A stretch of 64,000 nucleotides of DNA from Treponemataceae bacterium (GTDB lineage Bacteria; Spirochaetota; Spirochaetia; Treponematales; Rectinemataceae): contig CAXXHO010000005.1 of NCBI GenBank assembly GCA_963667725.2, positions 992,001 to 1,056,000 of the forward strand. Direction: 5' to 3'. This document shows positions 47,320 through 58,230 of this stretch, one piece after another. Within the stretch, counting starts at the first letter, position 1; every line of letters starts with the position of its first letter. The notes below the pieces were generated by a model. It saw nothing but the letters and a program-made list of their open reading frames with translations. It was not told the DNA's origin and searched no databases. The position numbers and the translations under genes are program-made.

Positions 47320-48471
47320 ATGAAAAGAGATTATATATCGTTCGGCTGTTCAATCATTCGGGGAGGCACGAGCAAGGGCCTCTTCCTCAAGGGAAACGAA
47401 CTGCCCGAGGCTGGTGAACTGCGCGACAAGATCATCCTGAGGCTTCTGGGCAGCCCCGACCTGCGCCAGATCGACGGTCTGGGCGGCGCCAACTCCCTCA
47501 CCAGCAAGGTGTGCGTCATCGGCCCCTGCGAGAGGGAAGACGCCGACGTGAACTACACCTTCGGCCAGGTTTCGGTGGACAAGGCCAAGATAGACTGGCA
47601 GGGCAATTGCGGAAATCTGACTTCTGCCGTGGGCGTCTTCGCCGTAAACCAGAATTATGTCATTCCGCGGGAACCGGAAACCACGGTCCGCATTTTTAAC
47701 ACGAATACGTCCAAGATCATCCATGTCAAGGTTCCGGTTCAGGCTGGCAGGGCGCGGTGCACGGGCGGCTATTCGATTCACGGCGTTCCGGGAACTGGCC
47801 CCAAGCTTGAAGTGGAATTTTTCGACCCGGCCGGCGGCGTGACGGGCAGGCTTCTTCCCACGGGGAACGCTCGGGATATCATCGATCTTGGCGAAAAGGG
47901 CAGGTTCACGATCTCTGTCGTGGACGCCGTCACGCCCGTCGTTTACCTGCGGGCCGCCGAGCTGGGTCTCAAGGGCACGGAGCTACCCACCGAAGTGGAA
48001 GCCATGCCGCGCGTCCTCGCTCTCATGGAAGAGCTGCGCTCCGTGGCCGCCGAAATGTCCGGTATTGTGAATAAACGCGAGGAAGCCACCGAGAAAAGCC
48101 CCGCCTTCCCCAAGGTGGGTTTCGTGAGTCCCCCCTGCGACTACCTCAACCCCGAGGGTAACCTGGTTAAGGCCGATGATATCGATATTGTCGCCCGCCT
48201 GGGCTCCATGCAGAAAATGCACCGGGCCTATATGATCGGCGGGGCGGTGAGCACCGGCGCGGCGGCTCAGATACCGGGTACTGTGGTATGGGAAGCGTTG
48301 AGCGATCGCGCCAGGAAGGACGGACGGAGCCTCGTCATCGGCCATCCCTATGGGCCGATGGAAGTGGGCATCGAGAGCGGAGGAGGCGAGATCCGAAAAG
48401 TGACCGTTTTTCGTACCGCGAGAGTGCTGATGGACGGAGTCGCCTATATTCCGGAAGCGACATTGGCATGA
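47320..48471 (+). CDS. PrpF family isomerase (aconitate/methylitaconate/OMA isomerase-like)
   Basis: RGGTSKG, QIDGLGGANSLTSK, GNCGN, KMHRAY, HPYG, RTARVLMDG. Confidence 0.92.
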   Translation: MKRDYISFGCSIIRGGTSKGLFLKGNELPEAGELRDKIILRLLGSPDLRQIDGLGGANSLTSKVCVIGPCEREDADVNYTFGQVSVDKAKIDWQGNCGNLTSAVGVFAVNQNYVIPREPETTVRIFNTNTSKIIHVKVPVQAGRARCTGGYSIHGVPGTGPKLEVEFFDPAGGVTGRLLPTGNARDIIDLGEKGRFTISVVDAVTPVVYLRAAELGLKGTELPTEVEAMPRVLALMEELRSVAAEMSGIVNKREEATEKSPAFPKVGFVSPPCDYLNPEGNLVKADDIDIVARLGSMQKMHRAYMIGGAVSTGAAAQIPGTVVWEALSDRARKDGRSLVIGHPYGPMEVGIESGGGEIRKVTVFRTARVLMDGVAYIPEATLA

Positions 48472-48512
48472 TGGAACTTTTTATTAAACCAACCAAGCGC
48501 GAGGTGTTCTGA

Positions 48513-49007
48513 ATGGGAAAAAAATATGCTGACCTGAGGGCGGGGCTAGTCCTGCTCGGGCTATGTCTTCTTGCCTATTTCTGGCTGATTCCAGCCCAGA
48601 TAAAGGTCAAGGAAGGCGTGGCCATCGGACCGGAATTCTTCCCCAGACTTCTGGTGATCTGCTGCGGCATCTGCGCGGCGGGCGTAGCGTTTCAGGGGGT
48701 GATGGGGCTCAGGAAGGAAGGCAAGCTCAAGCTGTCCACTTTCAGGAATCCCGCCAACCGCGTCAATTACAAGTCCTATGGGAAGCATGCGCTTCTTTTG
48801 GCATCTGCTCTCGCTTACCTATTCGTCATGCCCTATACGGGATTCGTCATCGCGAGCGTGGTATTCCTGACTTTTCTTCTCATGTTCTTTGGGCATTCGA
48901 AGATAGGCTGGTGCTTCCTTCTTTCTGTCATCTATGTGGCGGCGATCTATTTCATCTTTACGATCGCGTTCAAGATCAGCTTTCCCAAGGGCCCTCTGGG
49001 GTTCTGA
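48513..49007 (+). CDS. tctB: TctB family small membrane subunit
   Basis: GPEFFPR, TM helices, FKISFP.G; precedes tctA. Confidence 0.85.
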   Translation: MGKKYADLRAGLVLLGLCLLAYFWLIPAQIKVKEGVAIGPEFFPRLLVICCGICAAGVAFQGVMGLRKEGKLKLSTFRNPANRVNYKSYGKHALLLASALAYLFVMPYTGFVIASVVFLTFLLMFFGHSKIGWCFLLSVIYVAAIYFIFTIAFKISFPKGPLGF

Positions 49008-49025
49008 TAATCAGGAGATACGACG

Positions 49026-50552
49026 GTGGACATATTACTGGAAACTGCGCTTCAATTTGTCTCTATCCAGGTGCTTCTCGGCATCGTGGCCGGCGTCATC
49101 GCCGGGATTATCGGCGGCGGCCTGCCGGGCATCAGTCCGAGCATGACGATCGCGCTCCTCCTTCCCATCAGTCTTTACCTTCCGACGCCCGTGGCTATCG
49201 GTTTGATGATGGGCGCCTATCAGGGAGCGATGTTCGGCGGTTCGATTTCTGCCATTCTCATAAATACGCCGGGAACGGCCAGCGCCGCCGCGACTACGAT
49301 CGATGGTTACCAGATGGCGCTCAAGGGTCAATCGGGCAAGGCACTCAAGATGGCGCTCTATGCTTCCTGCACCGGCGGCGTCATCGGGACGATCATTCTC
49401 CTGGCCATGGCCAAGCCTCTCTCCACGATAGCCCTGAAATTCGGGCCTCCCGAATACTTTGGTCTCATGCTTCTCTCCCTGGCCCTGATCGCCGGCATTT
49501 CCGGCAAGTCGCTCCTGAAGGGTCTCGCTTCGGCCTGCATCGGTTTGCTGCTCGCGACGGTAGGCATGGACCCCATCTATGGAACGAGGCGTTTTACGTT
49601 CAGGAACATAAACCTGAGCGATGGAATCCAGACTCTTTCGGTATTCATCGGCGTCTTTGCCCTTACGGAGCTTCTTACGCAGCTTTCGCAGGGAAGGGCG
49701 GCGCTCTACAAAAAAGCCGATCCTCTCGCCGTGATGGACAATAAGCTGAGCTTCAAGGAGTACTGGGGACAGCGCGTCAACATAATAAAATCGAGCATCA
49801 TCGGCGCGCTTATCGGTGTTCTTCCTGGCATCGGCGGGAGCACTGCCTGTTTTGTATCCTATGCTGAAGCCCAGCGACGCTCCAAGCATCCCGAAAAATT
49901 CGGTACCGGCGTCCTGGAAGGAGTGGCTGCCCCTGAAGCGGCCAATAACGCCGTCGCAGGCGGAGCCCTCGTACCCCTGCTGACGCTGGGAATTCCCGGC
50001 GATGTCGTCACGGCCATTCTCGTGGGCGCTCTCATAACGCATGGAATCAAGCCTGGCCCGCTTCTTTTCATCGAGGATATCGGAAGCGTCTACACCGTCT
50101 ACATAGCCATGTTCCTGGCTGTCATAGCCCTTCTCTTTGTAGGCCAGCTCGGGATTCCCGTTTTCGCGAAAATCGTCAAGCTGAGAAAAGCCACGCTCCT
50201 GCCGATGATCCTCATCATATGCGTGGTCGGCACCTATGCCAGCCGGGGCAACCTTTTCGACGTCGCCCTGATGATCCTTTTCGGCGCCGTGGGATTCACC
50301 ATGAACAAGAACAAGTTTCCCATTCCACCCCTCATCATTGCTTTCGTCATCGGCAGTCAACTGGAAACCAGCCTTCGCCAGAGCCTGATACTGTCTGACT
50401 ACAATATTTCGATCTTCTTCACTCGACCGATTTCCCTCGTACTCATGATTGTGTCCGTCGTTTTCTGCTTCTTCATGGTTCGCCGCAACAGGAAGCTCGC
50501 GAACAAGACAACCATCGTCATCAACGACAGCGGCGAAAAAGAGGAAGCGTGA
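49026..50552 (+). CDS. tctA: TctA family permease
   Basis: GGSISAILINTPG, DGYQMA, APEAANNA, LLTLGIPG. Confidence 0.95.
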   Translation: MDILLETALQFVSIQVLLGIVAGVIAGIIGGGLPGISPSMTIALLLPISLYLPTPVAIGLMMGAYQGAMFGGSISAILINTPGTASAAATTIDGYQMALKGQSGKALKMALYASCTGGVIGTIILLAMAKPLSTIALKFGPPEYFGLMLLSLALIAGISGKSLLKGLASACIGLLLATVGMDPIYGTRRFTFRNINLSDGIQTLSVFIGVFALTELLTQLSQGRAALYKKADPLAVMDNKLSFKEYWGQRVNIIKSSIIGALIGVLPGIGGSTACFVSYAEAQRRSKHPEKFGTGVLEGVAAPEAANNAVAGGALVPLLTLGIPGDVVTAILVGALITHGIKPGPLLFIEDIGSVYTVYIAMFLAVIALLFVGQLGIPVFAKIVKLRKATLLPMILIICVVGTYASRGNLFDVALMILFGAVGFTMNKNKFPIPPLIIAFVIGSQLETSLRQSLILSDYNISIFFTRPISLVLMIVSVVFCFFMVRRNRKLANKTTIVINDSGEKEEA

Positions 50553-50626
50553 TTCTGGCATCGTTTCGGAGCGCTTTCGCGGGTTTTTCCGCGAAGGTGA
50601 TGATTCAATACAAAGGAGACATCGCA

Positions 50627-51589
50627 ATGACAAGAAAAAACCTGGCATTATGCCTGGCCCTGCTCGCCCTGGTTCCCGCGACACTGTTCGCGGCTCCCAA
50701 CTTTCCCGTCAAGCCGGTGGAAGTGATCGTCGGTTTCGCCGCGGGCGGCGGCACGCACCTCGCGGCCGAACTGCTCAGTCCCGAGGCATCCAAATTCCTG
50801 GGACAGCCCATACAAGTGACCTGCAAGCCGGGCGCCGGCGGCGCCATCGGCGCCACGGCGGTGGCCACGGCCAGAGCAGACGGTTATACCCTGCTCTATG
50901 CCACCATGTCCCTCCCCATCTCGCTCTACATGGATTCGGTCGATTTCTCTGAAAACGATTTCGTGGGCGTGGCCCTCGCCAGCAACGTCGCTCCCCTCAT
51001 GGCGGTCAAGGCCGACGCGCCCTTCAGCAACGCCAAGGAAATGAAGGCCTGGATTGCCGCCAACCCCGGCAAGTTCTCCTGGTCTCACCCCGGCGTGGGT
51101 TCCACGCTTCATGTTCTTGGCGCCAACATGCTATTCGCCATGGATGTGACGAAACAGGTAAAGGAAGTACCTTTCAAGGGCACCAACGAGGGCATCAGCG
51201 CCGTGCTCGGCGGCCATGTGACCGCGGTTTCCTCCTTCCCCGCCTCCATCCTTGAGCAGGTCAGGGCCGGAAAGATGAAGATCATCGGCGTTTCGAGCCC
51301 GGTCCGCATCGCCGAACTCCCCAATGCCCCGACCTTCATCGAGCAGGGCTACAACGCGATACTCACTTCCACGCGCGGCGTCTTCGCTCCCAAGAAGACC
51401 CCCAAGGATGTGCTTGCCGCTTTGGATGTCGCCTTCGGAAAAATCATCCAGAGCCCCGACTTCCAGAAACGCGCCATCACCCTCGGAGAACCGGCCGTCT
51501 ATGCCGACTCCGCCGAATTCGACAGGATGTATCACGAGCAGTGCGTCATGATCAAAGCCCTGCTCAAAGAGATCGGACTGACCAAGTAA
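50627..51589 (+). CDS. tctC: TctC/Bug substrate-binding protein
   Basis: AAAGGAG + ATG 50627; FPVKPV..FAAGGGTH, KPGAGG, ADGYTL, PNAPT. Confidence 0.92.
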   Translation: MTRKNLALCLALLALVPATLFAAPNFPVKPVEVIVGFAAGGGTHLAAELLSPEASKFLGQPIQVTCKPGAGGAIGATAVATARADGYTLLYATMSLPISLYMDSVDFSENDFVGVALASNVAPLMAVKADAPFSNAKEMKAWIAANPGKFSWSHPGVGSTLHVLGANMLFAMDVTKQVKEVPFKGTNEGISAVLGGHVTAVSSFPASILEQVRAGKMKIIGVSSPVRIAELPNAPTFIEQGYNAILTSTRGVFAPKKTPKDVLAALDVAFGKIIQSPDFQKRAITLGEPAVYADSAEFDRMYHEQCVMIKALLKEIGLTK

Positions 51590-51603
51590 TGTAAATCGCA
51601 GCG

Positions 51604-51627
51604 CCCCGCCTTTTGGCGGGGTTTCTT
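51604..51627 (+). terminator. Terminator-like hairpin after tctC
   Basis: CCCCGCC-TTTT-GGCGGGG-TTTCTT. Confidence 0.7.
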
Positions 51628-51669
51628 CAATTCCGCTAAATCCAACTTTTCACCCGCAAGGAGATATCT

Positions 51670-52344
51670 ATGCCCAACGTCGGTTTCCGCGTTTTCACCG
51701 CCATCCAGAGGCCCGATAAAGCACTCATCGAAAAATTCCGCGATGTTCCCGTCGCGAATATCTGCGACAACATGGGAAGAATCTATTCGGTTGATGCTTC
51801 CATAAAGCCCTACAACAACGTCCGCCTTCTCGGACCGGCCCTGACCGTCAAGGTGCCTCTCGGCGACAACCTTATGTTCCACAAGGCCATGGAAATGGCC
51901 CAGCCTGGCGACATCATCGCGGTCGACGGCGAAGGCTGCATGGACCACTCTCTCTGTGGCGAGATCATGATGCGTACCGCCATGAAGCGCGGAATCGCCG
52001 GTTTCATCGTCAATGGCTGCATCAGGGACGTGGAAGCCCTGCGTGACATGAACTTCGCCGTCTACGCCAAGGGCGTCCAGCCCAAGGGCCCCTACAAGAA
52101 TGGCCCCGGCGAGATCAACGTGCCCATTTGCATAGGCGGACAGGCCGTCCTGCCCGGCGACATCCTCGTGGGCGATGCCGACGGCGTTGTGGTTATCCGT
52201 CCCGCTGACGCGGCCGACGTCTACGAGAAGGCTTCCAAGCATCACAGCATGGAGGCCGAAAAGTTCAGGAAAATCGAGGAAGGAACGCTGGACAAGTCCT
52301 GGATCGCCGAGACGTTGACCAAGAAAAACTGCGAAATCATCTGA
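51670..52344 (+). CDS. RraA family protein (HMG aldolase/oxaloacetate decarboxylase-like)
   Basis: ANICD, GPALTV..GDNL, CGE, NGCIRD, PGDILVGDADGVV. Confidence 0.9.
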   Translation: MPNVGFRVFTAIQRPDKALIEKFRDVPVANICDNMGRIYSVDASIKPYNNVRLLGPALTVKVPLGDNLMFHKAMEMAQPGDIIAVDGEGCMDHSLCGEIMMRTAMKRGIAGFIVNGCIRDVEALRDMNFAVYAKGVQPKGPYKNGPGEINVPICIGGQAVLPGDILVGDADGVVVIRPADAADVYEKASKHHSMEAEKFRKIEEGTLDKSWIAETLTKKNCEII

Positions 52345-52373
52345 ACGCGCGAGGATAGGGAGAAAAAAAGCAC

Positions 52374-54311
52374 ATGAACGTAGTCGAAAAAATCATCGCT
52401 TCGCATCTGGTAGAAGGAGAGCTTGCCGCTGGCAGCCACATCGCGATCAGGATCGATCAGACCTTGATGCAGGACGCCCTCGGCACGATGGCCTGCCTCC
52501 AGTTCGAAGCGATGAAAATGAGACGGGTCAAGACCGAACTCTCCATCCTCTACGTGGATCACAATATGCTGCAGACGGGCTTCGAGAACGCGGATGACCA
52601 TCTGTTTCTGAGGACCTTCTGTAGGAAATACGGCCTGCGGTATTCCAGGCCGGGCAACGGGATCTGTCACCAGGTTCACCTGGAACGCTTCGGCGCGCCG
52701 GGGAAGACCCTCCTGGGCTCTGATTCGCACACGCCTACCTCGGGCGGCCTTGGCATGCTCGCCATTGGGGCGGGCGGCCTGGATGTGGCGGTGGCCATGG
52801 GTACCGCCGCCTATCACCTGACCATGCCCGCGGTCATCAGGGTCGAACTGAAGGGAAGACTGAGAGGTTCATGTGCGGCCAAGGACATCATCCTCAAGCT
52901 TCTTGGGCTTCTCAGCGTAAAAGGCGGAGTTGGTAAGGTTATCGAGTACGCGGGCGAAGGCTTGGACGACCTTTCGGTGTATGAGCGGGCGACGATAGCC
53001 AACATGGGCGCCGAACTAGGCGCCACCTCGTCGGTGTTCCCCTCGGACAAGCAGACAAAACGTTTTCTTGAGGCTCAGGGAAGGGGAGAGCCCTTCGCGG
53101 AAATCCACGCCGACGCCGACGCCGCCTACGAAAGGACGTTCACCATCGATCTGGACGAACTCGAGCCCCTCGTCGCCGCTCCGCATAGCCCCGACAACAT
53201 CGTCCCCGTCTCAGCGCTGCGGTCGGTGAAGGTGGACCAGGTATGCATCGGTTCCTGTACCAACTCATCCTACTCCGATATGATGCGGGTAGCCTCGGTA
53301 CTCAAGGGACGGACGGTGCCCGCCGACGTCTCCCTCGTCATTTCGCCGGGTTCCAAGCAGGTCCTCAATCTCCTCGCGAAGAACGGCGCTCTCTCCGACA
53401 TGATCTCGGCGGGCGCGCGCATCCTGGAGAGCGCCTGCGGTCCATGCATCGGAATGGGGCAGTCGCCCGCGAGCGGGGCGGTGTCCCTGCGCACCTTCAA
53501 CCGCAACTTCGAGAAGCGAAGCGGGACGGCCGACGCGAAGGTTTACCTTTGCAGCCCGGAGACTGCCGTCGCTTCCGCGCTCCTCGGTTGTATCAGCCCA
53601 CTGGAGGCGGTAGGCGATACTCCGCGAGTTCCGATGCCCGACCGTTTCCTTGTCGACGACAATCTAATCGAGCTACCTCCGGAATATTCGACGAAGGTCT
53701 CCATGGAAGGGCTCGAGGTGATCCGCGGCAAGAACATCAAGCCCTTTCCTATGTTCGACGCCATGGCTGAATCCATCTCCGGCGTCGTCCTCATAAAGAC
53801 GGGCGACAACGTGACAACCGACCATATAATGCCGGGCGGTGCTGACGTCCTTCCCTACCGCTCTAATATTCCGCATCTCGCGAAGTACTGTCTCGTCCGC
53901 TGCGATCTCGATTTTCCGAAGAACGCAGAGAAATACGGCGGCGGATTTATTTTGGGCGGCGCCAACTACGGCCAGGGCTCCTCGCGCGAACACGCGGCGC
54001 TCGCGCCCGTGTGGATGGGTGTCAGGGCAGTCATCGCGAAAAGCTTCTCTAGGATTCACAAGGCCAATCTGATCAATTCAGGTATCATCCCCCTGGAATT
54101 CGCCGATCCCGCGGACTACGACCGCGTCGAAAAGCTGGACGAGCTTGCCTTTGAAAACATCAGGAATGCCCTGCTGCAAGCCGAAACCGTCGAGGTGTAT
54201 GATCGCACGAAGGGATTCTCTTTCCTTCTGAAATGCGATATTTCGGAACGCGAGCGCGGAATCCTGGTGGCGGGCGGCATGGTAAGATACGTACAGTCGG
54301 GGCGAATTTAG
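52374..54311 (+). CDS. Aconitate hydratase family enzyme (single chain, 645 aa)
   Basis: QD, DHN, GICHQVH, DSHT, IGSCTN, CGPCIG, FNRNF, TTDHI, NYGQGSSREHAA. Confidence 0.92.
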   Translation: MNVVEKIIASHLVEGELAAGSHIAIRIDQTLMQDALGTMACLQFEAMKMRRVKTELSILYVDHNMLQTGFENADDHLFLRTFCRKYGLRYSRPGNGICHQVHLERFGAPGKTLLGSDSHTPTSGGLGMLAIGAGGLDVAVAMGTAAYHLTMPAVIRVELKGRLRGSCAAKDIILKLLGLLSVKGGVGKVIEYAGEGLDDLSVYERATIANMGAELGATSSVFPSDKQTKRFLEAQGRGEPFAEIHADADAAYERTFTIDLDELEPLVAAPHSPDNIVPVSALRSVKVDQVCIGSCTNSSYSDMMRVASVLKGRTVPADVSLVISPGSKQVLNLLAKNGALSDMISAGARILESACGPCIGMGQSPASGAVSLRTFNRNFEKRSGTADAKVYLCSPETAVASALLGCISPLEAVGDTPRVPMPDRFLVDDNLIELPPEYSTKVSMEGLEVIRGKNIKPFPMFDAMAESISGVVLIKTGDNVTTDHIMPGGADVLPYRSNIPHLAKYCLVRCDLDFPKNAEKYGGGFILGGANYGQGSSREHAALAPVWMGVRAVIAKSFSRIHKANLINSGIIPLEFADPADYDRVEKLDELAFENIRNALLQAETVEVYDRTKGFSFLLKCDISERERGILVAGGMVRYVQSGRI

Positions 54312-54360
54312 GGCTTAGGTTAAAGTTGAGGCTAAGGCCGCGAGGCGAGCGGCGCCCCGA

Positions 54361-54744
54361 TCACTTTAGAATGCCCTTGATGGTGCCGTAAGGCCAGGCC
54401 TGTATGCCTCCAAGGTCCAGCACTTTTTTGTAGCCAAGGGCGACGAGGGATGCCGCGGCCGCCGCGCTTCTCCGCCCCGTGCGGCAGTAGACAATGACTG
54501 TTCTATCTTTGGATCCGATGATCTGGGCGGCGCTTTTGGCCGTAATCTGGTCGTAGGGCAGGAGGATCGAGCCGGCTATATGTCCCTCGAGGAATTCTTC
54601 CTGGGTTCGAACGTCCAGAAGCAGAACATCCTTGCCGCTCGCTAAAAGCTCCTTGGCGGCCTTCGGGCTTATAAGAGAAGACTGGGCGAAGGCGGAAGCC
54701 GCCAGGGCGATCGCCAAAAGCAATGCTATACCGATTTTTCTCAT
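54361..54744 (-). CDS. Exported rhodanese-like domain protein
   Basis: Signal peptide; LDVRT.EEF..GHI.GS, VYCRTGRRS, LGGI..W. Confidence 0.9.
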   Translation of the reverse strand: MRKIGIALLLAIALAASAFAQSSLISPKAAKELLASGKDVLLLDVRTQEEFLEGHIAGSILLPYDQITAKSAAQIIGSKDRTVIVYCRTGRRSAAAAASLVALGYKKVLDLGGIQAWPYGTIKGILK

Positions 54745-54901
54745 AGTTGACCTCTTTCGTAAGCGATAAGATACCTATGAAGAGGGGCGACCACCAAAAC
54801 CGCTAAGATCACCATGGGCTGAAGAGGAGAAGGTCGATGAGGCCGTGGTCCGCGGGCCGTAGGCTGCGGACCGGTAGCTGGTAGCTGGTAGCCAGCGGTT
54901 T

Positions 54902-55870
54902 CTATTCCGGCTTTTTCTTATTGAGCGCGTGGCAGGCGCAGAAATGCCTGTCGCCGTACTCGAGCATGGGCGGCTCCTCGCGTTTACAGAGGTCGAAGGC
55001 GTAAGCGCAGCGCGTGTGGAAACGGCAGCCGGCCGGCGGAGAGACGGGTGAGGGCGCGTCTCCTTCAAGCAGTATCCGCTCTTCCTGCCTGTCGGGATCG
55101 GGAACGGGAATGGCGGAAAGCAGGGCCTGCGTATAGGGGTGTAGGGGTTTGGCGAAGAGCGCCCGCTTGTCGGCGGTCTCGACGATTTTGCCCAGGTACA
55201 TGACGCATATTCTGTCGGATATATGTTTGACGACCGAAAGGTCGTGGGCGATGAAGAGATAGGTAAGCCCGCAGCTACGCTGCAGATCCTTGAGGAGATT
55301 GATGATCTGCGCCTGAATGGACACGTCCAGGGCTGAGACGGGCTCGTCGCATATGATGAGTCGCGGCTCCACGGCAAGCGCGCGGGCTATCCCGATTCTC
55401 TGACGTTGGCCGCCCGAAAATTCGTGTGGATAACGGTCGGCATGCGACGCGTCGAGGCCGACCATCTTTAAAAGTTCCTGAACTCTAGGCTTCATTTGGT
55501 TCCGGGCGACGAGGTTATGCACCAGAAGAGGTTCGCCGATGATTTCGCCCACCGTCATTCGCGGGTCGAGGGAGGCGAAGGGGTCTTGGAAGACGATCTG
55601 CACCTTTCTCCTGAAAGCCTTCATGTCGCTTTTCTGGATCGTGAAAATGTCCTTGCCCTCGAAGCGTGCCGACCCCGATGTCGGGTCTTCAAGACGAATC
55701 AGCACTTTTCCGGTCGTCGATTTTCCGCAGCCGGATTCTCCCACCATGCCGAGGGTTTCGCCCTCCAGGATGCCGAACGAAATGCCGTCGACCGCTTTTA
55801 CCGAGCCGGCCGGGGAAGGAAAGTGTTTGACCAGATCTTTCACTTCCAGAATCGCCGCGCCTTCCTTCAT
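54902..55870 (-). CDS. oppF: Oligopeptide ABC ATPase OppF
   Basis: [30 protein letters not shown] overlap with oppD. Confidence 0.93.
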   Translation of the reverse strand: MKEGAAILEVKDLVKHFPSPAGSVKAVDGISFGILEGETLGMVGESGCGKSTTGKVLIRLEDPTSGSARFEGKDIFTIQKSDMKAFRRKVQIVFQDPFASLDPRMTVGEIIGEPLLVHNLVARNQMKPRVQELLKMVGLDASHADRYPHEFSGGQRQRIGIARALAVEPRLIICDEPVSALDVSIQAQIINLLKDLQRSCGLTYLFIAHDLSVVKHISDRICVMYLGKIVETADKRALFAKPLHPYTQALLSAIPVPDPDRQEERILLEGDAPSPVSPPAGCRFHTRCAYAFDLCKREEPPMLEYGDRHFCACHALNKKKPE

Positions 55871-56859
55871 TTCGCTATTCCTCCGTCTGTCGATGCGTTC
55901 CAGCAAGCCACGGCGCGTTTTTCCGCGGCGAAAGGTACCAGGGGGGGGGCTTCGGTCTTGCAGCGCTCAGTCGCGCGGACGCAGCGCGGGCAGAATGCGC
56001 AGCCTGAGGGCATCTCCTGCTGGTTCGGCACGACTCCCTCGATCGCTTGAAGTCGCTCAACCTCTTGGTCGATGCGGGGAATGGACTGGAGCAGGCCGAT
56101 GGTATAGGGATGTCTCGCGTCCTTGAAGATATTCCTGACATCGGCTTTCTCCACGATTTTTCCCGCGTACATGACGACGACATCGTCAGCGAGGCCGGCG
56201 ACCACGCCCAGATCATGGGTGATGAGAATTATAGAGGCGCCGAATTCAGAGCGCATTTTCTTCATGAGATCTATTATCTGGGCTTGTATGGTGACGTCGA
56301 GGGCTGTCGTCGGTTCGTCGGCGATGAGAAGTTTAGAGTTGCACGACAGAGCCATGGCGATCATCACTCGCTGACGCATGCCGCCTGAGAGCTGGTGCGG
56401 ATAGGAGTCCATGCGTTTTTCGGGCATGGGGATGCCCACGCGCACGAGCATTTCTATCGCCTTTTTCCTGGCTTCGGCGGCGCCGATCTTTTGATGCAGG
56501 AGGATGGCCTCCGATATCTGGGATCCAACCTTCATGATGGGATTCAGGCTCGTCATGGGTTCCTGAAAAATCATGGAGATGTCGTTTCCCCTGATGCCGC
56601 GCATCTGTTTTTCGGTTTTCGCGAGCAGATCCTTGCCCTCGAAAACGATGCTGCCGCTCACGATCTTGCCGGGCGGGTTCGGGATCAGGCGCATGATCGA
56701 AAGCGATGTCACGCTTTTTCCACAGCCGGACTCTCCCACGATGCCCAAGGTCTTCCCTCTTTCGAGGTTGAAGCTGATGCCGTCCACGGCTTTTACGACA
56801 CCTTCCTCGGTCCTGAAATAAGTCTTCAGGTCCTTCACTTCGAGCAAATTGTCGGCCAT
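55867..56859 (-). CDS. oppD: Oligopeptide ABC ATPase OppD
   Basis: [34 protein letters not shown] before ATG 56859. Confidence 0.93.
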   Translation of the reverse strand: MADNLLEVKDLKTYFRTEEGVVKAVDGISFNLERGKTLGIVGESGCGKSVTSLSIMRLIPNPPGKIVSGSIVFEGKDLLAKTEKQMRGIRGNDISMIFQEPMTSLNPIMKVGSQISEAILLHQKIGAAEARKKAIEMLVRVGIPMPEKRMDSYPHQLSGGMRQRVMIAMALSCNSKLLIADEPTTALDVTIQAQIIDLMKKMRSEFGASIILITHDLGVVAGLADDVVVMYAGKIVEKADVRNIFKDARHPYTIGLLQSIPRIDQEVERLQAIEGVVPNQQEMPSGCAFCPRCVRATERCKTEAPPLVPFAAEKRAVACWNASTDGGIAK

Positions 56860-56870
56860 GATCCCCTCCA

Positions 56871-58220
56871 TCAAAGCCCCAGTCCGTTGAGCACGGCCAG
56901 GAGGGCGCCGTACTGAATCTGGACGAGATCGCGTATCGCGACAGTGCCGTAGTCAAGCGCTGTTCCGATCTCATCCATCATGGCGTCGATCTTCGCGTCT
57001 AGCGTTTTGTAGGCTTCTTCAATGACGGAATTGTATTCCTTGGCCAATTGGGCCTTGAGCGCCCTGCGGTACATCGAAATGATGATCCCCTGATAGAAGG
57101 GAGTGATGTAGAGGGCATGGGCTTCCTGTGCCACCGTCGCTTCCTCCTCCATGATTTCCTTGGACATCGCCCAGGCTTTTTCGCCGTCCATCCTGTTCAG
57201 CATCTGCCCAATGAAGCTGGCGGAAGCGTCGCGCAGAACGGGTTCCTCGGTGAGCAGCGCCAGAGTGTCGTCCACCACCTTTTTGGCGAAGGTCAGCAGG
57301 GCGCGCGAGCGCTCGATGCCGTCCAGCACCACAGTACCGCGTTTTTTGCCCATGGGACTTGTGTCGGCGATCTTGGCGGTCTTGAAATAAGGAACCTCCG
57401 CGATGAGGGTGAAAGGTTTGCTGACTGTTTCCGCGTAATCCCTCGAGGATCCTCCGCCGAACATATACTTCGCGGGATCGCCTTTGCCGAATTTTTCGAA
57501 ATAATCGTACGCGTCGCTGGCGAAGTTGGTGGCGTAGACGGCGGGATACAGCTCTTTGCAGTAGGGGGCCTCAGGCTCTCCAAGGGAAAGCGACAGCCCG
57601 CGTTCGGTGGGCAGGCGATGAAAGTCGGCGTAGGCCGACTCGAGTGGCCGCGAAATATAGTAATAGGCGCCGCCAAATCCGGAATTGTGAAGCGAGTACA
57701 TGACAGCCGGCCTTGTGATGTCGATAGCCTTCATGAGCGCCTTCGTTTCGGGAATCGGCTTGTCGAACTTAAAGGTTTTATATTCCACAGGAAAGGTCCA
57801 TTCGGCCTGGTCGTCTCCCCTCGGCCTGTAGAAATCGCGGGCATAGTTCTTGAGCGTGTATGGCCCTTTGAACCAGCCCTCGTTGCGTCTCGTGCCGTCA
57901 GGGTCGATGCAGGGAATGATATTCCAGGTCCTCCCCTCGCGCATCTCGGGGCTGGCCGCGAGTTCGTCGAGGAGGAAATATGCCATCATCGCGCCGATAG
58001 GCTCGTTCGGATGAGGCGAGGCGAAAAGAAGTATGGAAGTCGGGCCATTTCCCACCGTGACCATGGGAATCTTCTCCCCGTTTTTGGATTGGCCTACATA
58101 GGTCAGGCGGCAGAAGCCGGGATTGGCCTCAGCCACGCGTGTCGCGTGGCCGTAAAGCTCGTCAGTTCCGTAGAATTGGGTGAAGGCGGGCACGCGGGAA
58201 AGTCTTTCATCTATAGTCAT
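56871..58220 (-). CDS. M14 family zinc carboxypeptidase-like hydrolase
   Basis: HPNE (HxxE), DPDG..N, SLHN, AEVPY. Confidence 0.87.
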   Translation of the reverse strand: MTIDERLSRVPAFTQFYGTDELYGHATRVAEANPGFCRLTYVGQSKNGEKIPMVTVGNGPTSILLFASPHPNEPIGAMMAYFLLDELAASPEMREGRTWNIIPCIDPDGTRRNEGWFKGPYTLKNYARDFYRPRGDDQAEWTFPVEYKTFKFDKPIPETKALMKAIDITRPAVMYSLHNSGFGGAYYYISRPLESAYADFHRLPTERGLSLSLGEPEAPYCKELYPAVYATNFASDAYDYFEKFGKGDPAKYMFGGGSSRDYAETVSKPFTLIAEVPYFKTAKIADTSPMGKKRGTVVLDGIERSRALLTFAKKVVDDTLALLTEEPVLRDASASFIGQMLNRMDGEKAWAMSKEIMEEEATVAQEAHALYITPFYQGIIISMYRRALKAQLAKEYNSVIEEAYKTLDAKIDAMMDEIGTALDYGTVAIRDLVQIQYGALLAVLNGLGL

Positions 58221-58230
58221 GGAAGCGCTC

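Noticed and set aside
49035..50684. Long antisense ORFs (549 aa here; also 60092-61594, 30854-32215, 17212-18354, 57048-58238, 24712-25794, 37522-38697)
   Set aside because: Each shadows a well-supported gene on the opposite strand and has no recognisable motif; expected from high GC3 codon bias
47320..54311. Calling the cluster a standard methylcitrate (prp) operon
   Set aside because: prpB, prpC and prpD are absent, and the aconitase is the short ~645-aa type rather than AcnD
55941..55949. G9/C9 tract in oppD
   Set aside because: Encodes Ala-Pro-Pro-Leu near the C-terminus, a poor position for an on/off switch
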